Part shown: positions 9,291-19,555 of the stretch, one piece after another
Position numbering within the stretch: position 1 is the stretch's first letter
Layout of the letters: each line of letters starts with the position of its first letter
Source of the DNA: an uncultured Pseudomonadales bacterium
GTDB lineage: Bacteria > Patescibacteriota > Microgenomatia > UBA1400 > UBA12028
Direction of reading: 5' to 3'
NCBI GenBank assembly: GCA_964635905.1
Contig: CAZWPK010000005.1
Coordinates: 4,695 to 68,694 of the forward strand
Length of the DNA stretch: 64,000 nucleotides
The notes under the pieces: generated by a model
Told to the model about the DNA's origin: nothing
The model's database searches: none
Seen by the model: the letters and a program-made list of their open reading frames with translations, nothing else
Translations under genes and position numbers: made by a program

Positions 9291-9377
9291 ATGGGTCAGT
9301 GTACAACAAATTGTTGCGCGTTTATAGATGATCGTCTATAGTGGCTCCAGGAGAACGAACACGATAGACAGATCCGT

Positions 9378-10070
9378 ATGAAAACAGTCATTGCCAATTT
9401 CAAATCGAATAAATCAATCAAGGAATACGAGGAATGGCTCCATACCTACCAAGAGTACCTTCCGCAGTTGCATCCTTCATTTCGTATTGTCCTTGCTCCC
9501 AGTTTCCCAGCTCTACCACTCTTTTCATCTTGGCTTGATCGCAACCAGACTACTCAAACTTTTTTAGGAGTGCAGGATCTAAGCTCCTTTCCAGCTGGTG
9601 CGTATACCGGTGCGGTGAGTGCTCAAAATCTTATCGATTTAGGGGTGACCTACGCCATCCTCGGACATTCGGAGCGTCGACGATACTTTCATGAAACAAC
9701 GCAAGATGTGACCAACAAAGTTGCAGAATGTCTTGCCAATCAAATCACCCCGATTGTTTGTGTTACTGCTGACCAAGTTGAGGCACAAGCTGCAGCCATC
9801 GATGATGGGGACAAAACAAAGATTCTCATCGCTTATGAACCAATCGAACACATTGGAACCGGAATTTCTGATTCAGAATCCAATATCCTGGCGACGAAGG
9901 AACGTGTCGCTCATGCATTTGGAAATGTTTCCTACATCTATGGTGGAAGCGTGAATCCGTCTACGGAGTCGTCAATTTTGCAGGAAGATTCTATTGATGG
10001 CTTTTTAGTTGGTACGGCATCGCTATCTGCCACTACCTTTACTTCCCTACTCTCATCCCTGATTCATTAA
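9378..10070 (+). CDS. tpiA: Triosephosphate isomerase
   Basis: ANFKSN (NWK-like), GHSERR, AYEPIEHIGTG, YGGSVNP. Confidence 0.9.
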   Translation: MKTVIANFKSNKSIKEYEEWLHTYQEYLPQLHPSFRIVLAPSFPALPLFSSWLDRNQTTQTFLGVQDLSSFPAGAYTGAVSAQNLIDLGVTYAILGHSERRRYFHETTQDVTNKVAECLANQITPIVCVTADQVEAQAAAIDDGDKTKILIAYEPIEHIGTGISDSESNILATKERVAHAFGNVSYIYGGSVNPSTESSILQEDSIDGFLVGTASLSATTFTSLLSSLIH

Positions 10071-11599
10071 TTTTTTTCAAGCACACAAGCAGCATAGTTC
10101 TGATAGACCGTTGAAAACTGTTCCAGCAGTTCTTCGGGGATCAGTCGACATGTTTGCAAATCAAGCACGAGCAACCCCGACTCTATGGGGAATTCAATCT
10201 CGGGATTAAACATCGTAATCAACGGAGTGAGTTTTGTTTGCTCTTCACGAATGGCTTTGAAAAAATGGGCAGTTGCGTAGGTGCCGGGATACAACTTTTC
10301 CGATACATAGATCGAACTGGATTGTTGCAGTGCATAGTCTAATGCTTGTACGGTCCCTTCATCAAACCAGACTGCAGAACTTCCCACATAGTGCGTTGTA
10401 TACTGCCGTAGCCACAGGGAGGACTGGGTCATCATCCCCACGGCACAGATTACAAGCAAGATTTTTCCGAACCTTGTACGGGATAACTCCAATACTCCTT
10501 TACTCGCTAACAGCAACGCAAAAACAACCAGACTCGAACTCCGAAGTGCATGAGGGGATTGAATGGTTAGAGCTGACGGAATGGGAGAAAGAAACAGTCC
10601 ACCAAGCACCCAAAGATAAAACCGTTGCGACGTGCCTTCTAGAGTGTAGTACAAACCAGCCAGGATGAACGGAATCGTAGCGATTAAAAATAATCCCGAT
10701 GAAGAGTGGCGCAAATTTCCGTCACCCTTCTCCAGCAAAAAAGCCGGCGAAAAGTGCTGGGCATAGTGGCGAACTGCTGTGGTGATGAATTCTTGCGGCG
10801 AAGTGGTGTAATTTGACAATCCGACCACCGAATACCGAGCCAATAGTGCTCCCTGATTTGCACTCTCCCACCCTATCGCGGGAAGTATGCCCACTCCAAA
10901 AATTGCAAGCGCGATAGACAGATTTGACAGTTTACTTTTGCCAAGTCGTAAGCCAAGACCAAGGATTAGAAGGATTGGCGCCAGCATCCGTCCGGATGTG
11001 TAGGCATAAAAAACTCCAATCAACGCACCACTAAACAGGTAATGCCAACCATAGACAATCCATGGTTTTTCTCCCTCGTGGACGGTTTTGTGCACAATTT
11101 TCCAGTAGGCAAACGCAGCAACCATCAAAAAGAATGGATAGGAAGCGACCTCAAATGCGACTCGAGATAATTGCAAGAGCCAGGGATTTGTGAGAACCAT
11201 CCCCACACATAACAGCCACAATCCCTTGCTTACTTTTTGACTTTTCATCCAGAATGAAAACATGCCTACCGTTGCCAGTCCCCAAATGGCAGCAGTTAAC
11301 CGCAGCGATTCTATCGAGGTTCCAAATATCTTAAACAGTGGCACGACAGAATAGACAAATAACCCATTTTTGTAATCTCCAAAGGCTTTAAAGTACAGAG
11401 GGTATGCGACACCATGTTCATCCACTCCCTTGGTGAGAATGGTATAGGCATTCAAGCCAATCGATGATTCATCAACAAATATCCCTTGGGGGTAGTGTGT
11501 CAATGCAGTCAACCGGAATAAAAAAAAGATAGCAAACCACCCGATGACAATCACGGGCCAAATGGAAAGGAGACGCAAAAAACTTTTGTGCATACACAC
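10067..11599 (-). CDS. GT-C superfamily membrane glycosyltransferase, PMT/ArnT-like (PMT_2-type)
   Basis: About 12 TM helices. First extracytoplasmic loop carries 'FVDESSIG' (DE motif of GT-C/PMT enzymes). Stop codon overlaps the tpiA stop (TTAA). Confidence 0.6.
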   Translation of the reverse strand: MCMHKSFLRLLSIWPVIVIGWFAIFFLFRLTALTHYPQGIFVDESSIGLNAYTILTKGVDEHGVAYPLYFKAFGDYKNGLFVYSVVPLFKIFGTSIESLRLTAAIWGLATVGMFSFWMKSQKVSKGLWLLCVGMVLTNPWLLQLSRVAFEVASYPFFLMVAAFAYWKIVHKTVHEGEKPWIVYGWHYLFSGALIGVFYAYTSGRMLAPILLILGLGLRLGKSKLSNLSIALAIFGVGILPAIGWESANQGALLARYSVVGLSNYTTSPQEFITTAVRHYAQHFSPAFLLEKGDGNLRHSSSGLFLIATIPFILAGLYYTLEGTSQRFYLWVLGGLFLSPIPSALTIQSPHALRSSSLVVFALLLASKGVLELSRTRFGKILLVICAVGMMTQSSLWLRQYTTHYVGSSAVWFDEGTVQALDYALQQSSSIYVSEKLYPGTYATAHFFKAIREEQTKLTPLITMFNPEIEFPIESGLLVLDLQTCRLIPEELLEQFSTVYQNYAACVLEKN

Positions 11600-13206
11600 T
11601 ATTGTAGGCGATAAATCGTTCCAGCGTTATTCGTGAACACCGGCACAAGTGCGGATGGAATCGACGCTACTCCTGTTCCAGAGGGAATATAGACGAAGCT
11701 TGCCTGATAACGCGCTGCAACCACATCCAAAGCTTGCATACCTTGATAGGCCTCTTTGATATCGCGCTCTCTTTCGGCATAGGGCAATCCATAACTAAAC
11801 GCCCAACCGGGATACCCTAAGGTCACGGACCTTCCTGCAATCATACTGATGGGATTGGTAACGGTTGCTGGTGTTAAAACCGATGCACTGGGTGGAATCA
11901 GTTGTCGACCTATTACCCCCAATTGAATCTCATCGGAAGATAACATTTGAAACGTTTTCTTTTCACTATTTAAATTATGTAACAGGTCCAGCGCCCCCGA
12001 AAATATCAGCACCATGACGAGTAGAGCTGCAACGAGTTTCCCTACAATGCTTGACCGATACACGGAAGCAAGAACTGTCACAACTGGAATCGTTAAACCC
12101 ACATACACCCAGGCAAATAGTTTTGTATTGTCCCAAATCTGGGGCTGAAACTGCACCAGATTTCCGAGAATAAAAAGTGCCCAAAAAAAACTAACAAAGT
12201 AAAAAAGCTGTCGAGAACGTTTCGATCGTAGCTGCCAGGTTCCCAGCAGCGAGACACCCAAAAACAAACCCCAATTTTTCAGCCAAAACCACAGCCAGGC
12301 GAACACTCCATCACGAACATACCAACCGGGAACGATGGAGAAAAACGACGACGTTGAGACTCCCTCTTTCAAAAAGATACGATAGAGCACCAAAGAAAGG
12401 ATGGCTGCAGGAATGGCAAAGAAGAGCCATCGCTTCCAGGAAGACAACGACGCGATCCCAATCCACAACGATGCAAACACAATCACGAGATACGTATGCG
12501 TATGGATGATAGGAAGCAAGCCTGCAAGCAATCCCATTCCCACGTAGTGAAGTCGTGAAAATGAGACATCTTTTTTCATCATTAAAAACTGCTTGTACAA
12601 AAACTGCAACAACATTAACCCAAGCGGTAGACCAAACAAAAAGGCTCGCTGAGGGATCAGCATGGATGCAACCAGTGTATTCACTTCAATTGAGAGAGAC
12701 GGAACTTGGGTGAGAGTCACAGTAGGATCTCCCAAAACGGCAACCCCTTTTTCTTTTAGTACTAAGAACGCACCAATTCCCCCGCTACACAGGAGGATCG
12801 TTGACGCCAGACAGGCAGCACGTGCCGAATGCAAAAAGGTTGTAAAGAAGTGATAGAGAACCACCAGCGTGATCATCGTGACAAGAATTGACGGAAGCAC
12901 AAAGGAAAATGGATACGAAAACCCAACACGCAACAGCAGTCCAGAAATCAAATTACTCACAAAGGGATACGTCACCGGTGCCCCGGAATAAACGGGAAGC
13001 GAGTCAAGCCAATGTGGCACGGGCCGATAGGCAAAGTTGGCGGCTAGAGCCAAATGCATCGACCAATCCGCCCAGACATAGGGATGGCCAGCAAAGAGCC
13101 CCGAAGGTCGAATAACGAGCATGCGAAACCAGAGAATCGAAAAATAGAGTCCCCAAGGAAGATAAAACCCAAAGAATGGCAGGAGTGATCGAATCTTGTT
13201 CTTCAT
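11599..13206 (-). CDS. Large polytopic membrane protein, probable GT-C-like glycosyltransferase of unknown specificity
   Basis: About 13 predicted TM segments with the loop architecture of GT-C enzymes, but no clear DE motif. Translationally coupled (1-nt overlap) to the downstream GT gene. Confidence 0.5.
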   Translation of the reverse strand: MKNKIRSLLPFFGFYLPWGLYFSILWFRMLVIRPSGLFAGHPYVWADWSMHLALAANFAYRPVPHWLDSLPVYSGAPVTYPFVSNLISGLLLRVGFSYPFSFVLPSILVTMITLVVLYHFFTTFLHSARAACLASTILLCSGGIGAFLVLKEKGVAVLGDPTVTLTQVPSLSIEVNTLVASMLIPQRAFLFGLPLGLMLLQFLYKQFLMMKKDVSFSRLHYVGMGLLAGLLPIIHTHTYLVIVFASLWIGIASLSSWKRWLFFAIPAAILSLVLYRIFLKEGVSTSSFFSIVPGWYVRDGVFAWLWFWLKNWGLFLGVSLLGTWQLRSKRSRQLFYFVSFFWALFILGNLVQFQPQIWDNTKLFAWVYVGLTIPVVTVLASVYRSSIVGKLVAALLVMVLIFSGALDLLHNLNSEKKTFQMLSSDEIQLGVIGRQLIPPSASVLTPATVTNPISMIAGRSVTLGYPGWAFSYGLPYAERERDIKEAYQGMQALDVVAARYQASFVYIPSGTGVASIPSALVPVFTNNAGTIYRLQ

Positions 13207-14764
13207 AGTAGGTCAAGTCTACACAGCCATCAAATTGGCAGGTACAATACCTATTGTGTTGCATTCAGTATTTCAAACCAAAAAAGCCTTCGCAATCCTC
13301 TTCGGTGTCATTTTGATGTTTGCTGCCATCACCCGGTTTGTTCGTTTGTCGGAGCCTAGTGGGTACTACTTTGATGAAGTGTATCACGCAGTCACGAGCA
13401 AGCTCATTGCCCGCAACGACCCTCGTGCCTATGAATGGTGGAATGAACCACCGGAAGCAAATACGGCAGTCGATTGGTTACATCCTCCGTTAGCCAAATA
13501 CACCCAGGCAGCCTCCATGCTCCTGTTTGGAGAGAATTCCTTTGGCTGGCGTTTTAGTTCGGCCGTCTTTGGAGTATTCGTGGTGGCAATGACTGGAGTG
13601 TTGGCGCACGTCGCATTCCGGCGCAAAGCAATCACGCTGTTGGCAACCGGCTTTATTGCCTTGGATGGATTAATTCTGGCGCAGTCAAGAATTGCCATGA
13701 ATGATATCCATGTAACCTTCTTTATTTTGGCAACTGCTGCTGCCTATCTGTGGTATCGAAAATCACCCCCGAATCCCAAAAAGACACTTCTGCGCCTGAC
13801 GGGAATTGGGATCTTGGCGGGACTTGCCATGAGTAGCAAATGGTCGGGAGTCTTTGTCTTAGGTCCGATCTATCTGTTTGAAGGACTATGGGTTCTGGCA
13901 AACTCTAAAGGCGCATTGGACAAGATCTTCAAAGAAACCTTACGTCGGGGTGTTCCACTCCTAGTAGTCCCCCTCCTTGTGTATGTCTTGTCCTATTCCC
14001 ACATGTTTTTGCAAGGAAAAACACTCGTCTGCCAAGGGGATCAAATCATTCAAGGTCAGTGTAGCTGCAGTAACACGCAAAGCTTTTGGGTCAGTCAGCT
14101 ACAGACACTGTTCCCGTCAGAGCGCGAGCGTTTTGCAGCCTTTGAAGCACGCGGTGGTTGTGCGCGCTTAATCTCTCATTTCTCCGAATTGCATCATCAA
14201 ATTTGGTGGTATCAAACCAATCTAAAAGCCACACATCCCTATCAGTCGCGTCCGTACCAATGGGCGTTTGACCTTCGACCAGTATGGATGCATGTGGACT
14301 ACACAAATCCACAGGCTACGGGGAATATTTACAACAGTGGCAACCCCATCTTATTTTGGTCAGGGATGCTTGCAGCTGGATTGTTGGCAACCTTATTGCT
14401 CAATAAAATCTTAAAAAATACCAGCACATTTCTTTTTTCTGGCGTCAAAAAGAAGTACCTTTCTATTCCTCTTGAACAAGCCTTCCTACTCACGCTATAC
14501 GCTATCGTCTGGATGCCCTGGATGCTTTCTCCCCGTATCATGTTCTTTTATCACTATGCTCCTGCGGTCCCAATCCTGGCAATTCTACTTGCCTACAGTC
14601 TGATTCGACTTTCAAAGAGCTCCGCAATGGGAAAACTTGCCGTCGTGATCATTTCTGGGGTAATGCTCCTCTTCTTTGTGGGTCTATTCCCTCTCTGGAC
14701 TGGTATCCAGATGCCGTCATCCTATACCCAAGCAGTCTTCACCCTGTTCCCAAGTTGGAAATAA
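13196..14764 (+). CDS. Dolichyl/polyprenyl-phosphate-mannose-protein mannosyltransferase family (PMT, GT39)
   Basis: 'YYFDEVYHAV' in loop 1 (PMT signature DE-x-x-Y/H), followed by a multi-TM core. The start is a non-ATG (TTG at 13196 or GTG/TTG shortly downstream). The ATG at 13316 would truncate TM1. Confidence 0.75.
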   Translation: MFFIVGQVYTAIKLAGTIPIVLHSVFQTKKAFAILFGVILMFAAITRFVRLSEPSGYYFDEVYHAVTSKLIARNDPRAYEWWNEPPEANTAVDWLHPPLAKYTQAASMLLFGENSFGWRFSSAVFGVFVVAMTGVLAHVAFRRKAITLLATGFIALDGLILAQSRIAMNDIHVTFFILATAAAYLWYRKSPPNPKKTLLRLTGIGILAGLAMSSKWSGVFVLGPIYLFEGLWVLANSKGALDKIFKETLRRGVPLLVVPLLVYVLSYSHMFLQGKTLVCQGDQIIQGQCSCSNTQSFWVSQLQTLFPSERERFAAFEARGGCARLISHFSELHHQIWWYQTNLKATHPYQSRPYQWAFDLRPVWMHVDYTNPQATGNIYNSGNPILFWSGMLAAGLLATLLLNKILKNTSTFLFSGVKKKYLSIPLEQAFLLTLYAIVWMPWMLSPRIMFFYHYAPAVPILAILLAYSLIRLSKSSAMGKLAVVIISGVMLLFFVGLFPLWTGIQMPSSYTQAVFTLFPSWK

Positions 14765-14848
14765 CTAGATGTACCGCGGTTTGAAAAAACCGGTCTACTC
14801 TGGTATACTTTGTCCTCTTCTGGTATCAAAGCCAGTCGGAAAGGAACT

Positions 14849-15190
14849 ATGAAAGCTGCAATTCACCCAAAATGGAATCATCAAGCAACCGTTACTTGTG
14901 CTTGTGGAAACACCTTCACAACCGGTTCAACACAGGATGAAATCAGAGTAGATATTTGTTCTGCCTGTCATCCCTTCTATACCGGACAGATGAAGTTTGT
15001 GGATACACAAGGACGCGTCGATCGCTTTATCAAGTCACGAGCTGCTGCTCAAGCTGCAGGCGTCGGCAAGAAAAAAGTTGACAGTAAAAAGGATGTTAAA
15101 GCTGAAGCACTGTCCTTAAAAGATATGCTTGCGCAAGAAAAAGCAAAATTGACGGAAATTGAAAAAGACGTCAAACAAACCCAAGCTTAA
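14849..15190 (+). CDS. rpmE: 50S ribosomal protein L31 with a ~45-aa Lys/Ala/Glu-rich C-terminal extension
   Basis: [46 protein letters not shown] is a canonical L31 with a Zn ribbon. Start at the internal Met of track ORF 14810..15190. Confidence 0.85.
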   Translation: MKAAIHPKWNHQATVTCACGNTFTTGSTQDEIRVDICSACHPFYTGQMKFVDTQGRVDRFIKSRAAAQAAGVGKKKVDSKKDVKAEALSLKDMLAQEKAKLTEIEKDVKQTQA

Positions 15191-15205
15191 CTGAAAATAA
15201 ATAGA

Positions 15206-15245
15206 AACCCGGTGCATTGATTTAGTCAACGCATCGGGTTTTTTG
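15206..15245 (+). terminator. Rho-independent terminator after rpmE
   Basis: AACCCGGTGCATTGA / TCAACGCATCGGGTT stem (two G.U/mismatch positions) followed by TTTTTTG. Confidence 0.6.
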
Positions 15246-15272
15246 TAGCATACGCTATGATAGAGAGAGACT

Positions 15273-16193
15273 ATGGACTACTTGGACACTCAAATTCAAC
15301 AACTTGACCAACAAATTGCCGATAACACGGCTCTGTTGTCGGATCCAGAATTAGGAGAGCTGGCAAAGCTGGAGATCGAAAAACTTCAAGAACAGCGCTC
15401 GATTTTGCAGTCGTCCATCGATCACGTCCATAAATCCATGGAAAAAGCTGCCACTGTGTCTACCTATGACAACTGTATTATTGAAATCCGACCAGGAGCT
15501 GGTGGAGATGAAGCCAAGTTGTGGGCATCCGAATTACTACGCATGTACACACGGTTTGCGGAACTCAAGAAATTCAAAATTGAATCAATCGAAGAAGATG
15601 TTGTAAAGATTATTGGCAAGGGTGCCTATGATCTCTTTTCCTATGAATCCGGTGTCCACCGCGTTCAGCGTGTCCCCGCCACCGAAGCCCAAGGTAGGGT
15701 CCATACCTCAACGGCATCCGTTGCGGTTATTCCCGAATTACCAGATTCAGCTATTTCGATCCGTGAAGAAGAATTAGACTGGCAGTTTACTAGAGCTGGT
15801 GGGCATGGAGGACAAAACGTGAACAAAGTCTCCACTGCCGTACGCTTGACGCATAAACCATCGGGAATCGTCATTTCTGCCCGAACCGAGCGGTATCAAG
15901 CACAAAATCGTCAGATTGCCTTGGAACTACTCCGTGGAAAGTTGTGGGAGATTGAAGAACAAAAACGTACCCGAGAAATTGGGACTGCACGTCAAGCCAT
16001 CGGCCGAGCTATGCGCGCGGAAAAAATTCGCACATACAACTTTCCGCAGAATCGCGTCACCGATCACCGTATTCATGAGTCCTGGTACGATTTAGAAAAC
16101 ATTGTGAATGGCTACATGGGCGCGGTGGTATCCGCTCTCCATGATGAAAAGAATTGGGAAAAAGAGACTGCTGAAGAGGATGATGAGAGTTAA
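15273..16193 (+). CDS. prfA: Peptide chain release factor 1 (compact N-terminus)
   Basis: PAT tripeptide ([13 protein letters not shown]) marks RF1, not the RF2 SPF motif. GGQ motif ([12 protein letters not shown]) and [13 protein letters not shown] also present. Confidence 0.85.
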   Translation: MDYLDTQIQQLDQQIADNTALLSDPELGELAKLEIEKLQEQRSILQSSIDHVHKSMEKAATVSTYDNCIIEIRPGAGGDEAKLWASELLRMYTRFAELKKFKIESIEEDVVKIIGKGAYDLFSYESGVHRVQRVPATEAQGRVHTSTASVAVIPELPDSAISIREEELDWQFTRAGGHGGQNVNKVSTAVRLTHKPSGIVISARTERYQAQNRQIALELLRGKLWEIEEQKRTREIGTARQAIGRAMRAEKIRTYNFPQNRVTDHRIHESWYDLENIVNGYMGAVVSALHDEKNWEKETAEEDDES

Positions 16194-16198
16194 GACTC

Positions 16199-17389
16199 TT
16201 ATTCTCCGCTTTCTTCTAACGTAATCGTCACCGACTTGCGTTCTCCATTACGGATATAATCGACCACGACTTTATCCCCAACTTTGTATTTGGTTAACAA
16301 TTTTGCAATCGATGTGTCATCATCCCCGGTACTTGTCGTCAAATCCGTTCCACCAAATTTTGTCAGGATATCTCCTGCTTCCAATTGTGCTTTCTCTGCA
16401 GGGGAACCTGGGACAACTTCCATAATGTACATACCTGCTGGGACATCATTGAGCAATGCGGTCTGTTTCGGAATGGCTCGATACCGTACTCCAATAAAGG
16501 GGCGCGAAAAACTTCCAGTTTGGCGGAAACTTTCCAGAGAGGTTTTCACCACATTGATCGGAATGGCAAAACCAATATTATTAGCGCCAGCGGCCACAGC
16601 AACATTGACTCCGATCACTTGACCTTGAGAGTTTAATAACGGGCCACCGGAGTTTCCAGGGTTAATGGCTGCATCCGTCTGAATGACATTGTCTAAGCGC
16701 TCCGCAAAACCTCCAAAAGAATCACCTGCCGTGATGCCTCTTCCCAGTCCAGAGATCACTCCTGTCGTGACCGTATGCCGAAATTCACCTAGAGCGGTTC
16801 CAATTGCAATCACAAATTGTCCCACTTTGAGTTGATCAGAATCTCCCAGCTCGACGGGCGGCAATACTGCTTCCACTTTCAAAATTGCCAAATCATTGGC
16901 TGGATCACGGTAAATACGTTCAACCTCATACTCTTTATTATCTTTGGTGATGATGCGATATTTTGCGTCGGTATCGGAAACCACATGTTTGTTCGTGACA
17001 ATCAGGCCACTACTGTCGATCACAAACCCGGAACCGATATCCTGTTGAATGGGCTCGACTTGCGTACGCGGTTGTGAAGGAAGTTGCATTCCGAACATGC
17101 CAAATGGGTCAAGCCCAAAAAAAGGATTACTCCCACTACTTCGTTGCTCTTTGGTAATCGAAACGGTCAATACGCTGGTGGACATTTTTTCTGCCACATC
17201 GATGACGACCGATTGCTCCTGGACTAAGCGAGTCGAACTCTGCGGACTGACCGATGATGAACTTGTGGACACTCTGGAAGTAAGAACGTCTAGAGGACGA
17301 AAGACGAACAAACGATCTGCAAGGGCTCCTCCAAGAGCGGAGATTGCAAACAAAAGAAAAAGTGTAAACGGTACAAGTATTTTTCGCAT
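16199..17389 (-). CDS. htrA: HtrA/DegP-family serine protease with PDZ domain
   Basis: Catalytic triad context TNKHVV...DLAILKV...GNSGGPLL, with a C-terminal PDZ. Start at MRKILVPF, which has a signal/TM anchor. Confidence 0.85.
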   Translation of the reverse strand: MRKILVPFTLFLLFAISALGGALADRLFVFRPLDVLTSRVSTSSSSVSPQSSTRLVQEQSVVIDVAEKMSTSVLTVSITKEQRSSGSNPFFGLDPFGMFGMQLPSQPRTQVEPIQQDIGSGFVIDSSGLIVTNKHVVSDTDAKYRIITKDNKEYEVERIYRDPANDLAILKVEAVLPPVELGDSDQLKVGQFVIAIGTALGEFRHTVTTGVISGLGRGITAGDSFGGFAERLDNVIQTDAAINPGNSGGPLLNSQGQVIGVNVAVAAGANNIGFAIPINVVKTSLESFRQTGSFSRPFIGVRYRAIPKQTALLNDVPAGMYIMEVVPGSPAEKAQLEAGDILTKFGGTDLTTSTGDDDTSIAKLLTKYKVGDKVVVDYIRNGERKSVTITLEESGE

Positions 17390-17485
17390 AGATCGTTTAA
17401 GTTTAAAACCTTGGCAACGAACAAACGAGTTGTCCTTGTCATTTCTAGTACTGTTGTAACGAATCAATCTGAAGTTTAGCTTAAA

Positions 17486-18769
17486 TTATTTTAACAGTTC
17501 TTCAACCGCTTTATCCAATTGTGGATCTTTATTCTGTTCAAGATTTTGACGAATTTGGTCGGCAGTTAATACCACTTCTACATCTGGCTTTAAGCCTTTC
17601 TCATGAATCCAATCACCACCAGGCAACACCCATTTAGCTACTGTAACGTGCAGACCTGATCCACCGTCTAATTCGACAGCGTCTTGAACGGTTCCTTTTC
17701 CAAAACTGTTCTCACCAACTAAGACTGCTTTGCGTCGATCACGAAGCGCTCCCGAGACAATCTCGGAGGCACTCGCACTTCCCTTGTTCAAGAGTACGAC
17801 TACTTTTGTCTCGGTGAGTCGTCCTTTTCGATTGGAGTAATACGGAATTTTCTCAAAGCGTCCTTCTTGCGTGACAATCAAGCCATCAGCAATAAACTCA
17901 CTGGAAATGGACACGGCTTCCTGCAAATATCCACCGGGGTTATTGCGCACGTCTAACACTACACCAGCAACGGAGGGATCTTGCACGATGGTATCAACCG
18001 TTTCTTTCCATTCTTGTCCGGTTCTACCACCGAACTGAGAAAGGCGGATATGTGCGATTTTCTTGCCCTCTTTTTCCACCATGGTTAGTTCCACGGAGGG
18101 AACGACGATTTTTTCTCGCTTCAGTGTCTTTTCGAAGGGCTGTCCCCCTTCACGTAAAAATGTCAGGGTGACTTCCGATCCAGAGGGTCCACGAATGTAG
18201 GACACTGCTTCTGGCAAAGCCATTCCTGAAGTTTCTTTATCAATCGATTTCTGTTTGTCCACGATGCGAAGAATATAGTCTCCGGCCAAGATTCCGGCTT
18301 TTTCTGCAGGTAGTCCCTTTAAGGGAGCAATGACCGCGACGGTTTGGTTTTTGTAGCCCAGCTGAATACCTACGCCATCAAATTCACCATTTAAATCTGC
18401 CTGCGCCCGTTCTTGATCTTCTTTGGGAAGATACATGGTGTAGGGGTCTCCCAGTGCAGAGGTCATTCCGGCAATTGCCCCATCCACCATTTTTCTGGTG
18501 TTTAGTTTCTCGGGGTCAACGTACTGTCGTTCCAGACGCTGCCAGACATCCCAAAATTGAGAAAAATCGACATCTTGGTACTCTGCGGGAGTTGCGGTGT
18601 TCAACAGCTTGGTTGATGGAAGTGCGGCTAAAGCATTCGAAAAAAGTGGAATGGACTGTCCCATCGCAAGTCGAAAGCCAATCACTCCTCCTAAAATAAT
18701 TAATAGGAGTGACACAATAATCGATCGTACTGTCTTGAGAGGCGTAGACATGAGTTCCAAGTTTACCAC
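17486..18769 (-). CDS. ctpA: Carboxyl-terminal processing (tail-specific) protease, S41 family, with PDZ
   Basis: PDZ (GLPAEKAGILAGDYILRI) and S41 catalytic region (VVLLNKGSASASEIVSGALRD...GENSFGKGTVQ). Confidence 0.85.
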   Translation of the reverse strand: MVNLELMSTPLKTVRSIIVSLLLIILGGVIGFRLAMGQSIPLFSNALAALPSTKLLNTATPAEYQDVDFSQFWDVWQRLERQYVDPEKLNTRKMVDGAIAGMTSALGDPYTMYLPKEDQERAQADLNGEFDGVGIQLGYKNQTVAVIAPLKGLPAEKAGILAGDYILRIVDKQKSIDKETSGMALPEAVSYIRGPSGSEVTLTFLREGGQPFEKTLKREKIVVPSVELTMVEKEGKKIAHIRLSQFGGRTGQEWKETVDTIVQDPSVAGVVLDVRNNPGGYLQEAVSISSEFIADGLIVTQEGRFEKIPYYSNRKGRLTETKVVVLLNKGSASASEIVSGALRDRRKAVLVGENSFGKGTVQDAVELDGGSGLHVTVAKWVLPGGDWIHEKGLKPDVEVVLTADQIRQNLEQNKDPQLDKAVEELLK

Positions 18770-18807
18770 ACTTTAGACAAGATCAACCACAACAGAGTTT
18801 GGGTTCT

Positions 18808-19038
18808 TTAGAGAGTGGTTACGAACGGTAGCAAGGCAACGTAACGTGCGCGTTTGACGGCAACTGAGAGTTCGCGTTGTTTCTTGTTGGACAACCCCGT
18901 GCGTTCTCGGGACAGTAATGTTCCGGATTCCCCGACAAATCGGGAAAGGGTTGCCACATCTTTGTAACTAAATGAAATCTTTTCTCCCTTACGCATAATT
19001 GCTTTAGGGGTTGGTTTTCGTACTGGTTTTTTCATCAT
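18808..19038 (-). CDS. rpsR: 30S ribosomal protein S18
   Basis: [11 protein letters not shown]...[29 protein letters not shown]. Confidence 0.9.
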   Translation of the reverse strand: MMKKPVRKPTPKAIMRKGEKISFSYKDVATLSRFVGESGTLLSRERTGLSNKKQRELSVAVKRARYVALLPFVTTL

Positions 19039-19063
19039 AGGATTTGTTCCTTAGTATTCTAAA

Positions 19064-19540
19064 TTAAAATGGGATGTCATCACTGACATCATCGGCGGTT
19101 ACGGGAGCCGCGGGTGCAGCATGAGTGTTTACTTCCGCTTCAGGATAGGCATAGTCAGAAGAGGATGCTCCTCCGGCTGCTGCCCCATCGCGACCTGCGG
19201 AGGGACTTAAAATAATGACTTGATCTGCCACAATTTCAACTGTTTCGCGTTCCTGACCTTCTTTGGTGGTCCATTTGCGGTTCTGGAGTCGTCCTTGCAC
19301 ATAGGCTTTACTGCCCTTTTTGAGCATTTGACCACAAATTTCGGCTAATTTCCCCCATACCACGATACGGTGGTAGGTGGTTTCTTCTTGACGCTGTCCT
19401 CCGCCATCCCCAGATGTCCAGCTGCGGTTGGTCGCTAAACCAATCGTACAGACGGCACTACCATTCGGGGTATATCGAAGTTCAGGATCTCGAGTCAAAT
19501 TTCCAATCAGTTGAACCAAATTCAGGGAGCGTGCAGACAT
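19064..19540 (-). CDS. ssb: Single-stranded DNA-binding protein
   Basis: OB-fold N-terminus (LNLVQLIGNLTRDPELRYTPNG), Gly/Ala-rich linker, acidic tail ending DDIPF. Confidence 0.9.
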   Translation of the reverse strand: MSARSLNLVQLIGNLTRDPELRYTPNGSAVCTIGLATNRSWTSGDGGGQRQEETTYHRIVVWGKLAEICGQMLKKGSKAYVQGRLQNRKWTTKEGQERETVEIVADQVIILSPSAGRDGAAAGGASSSDYAYPEAEVNTHAAPAAPVTADDVSDDIPF

Positions 19541-19555
19541 ACGGTCATTCCTTTC

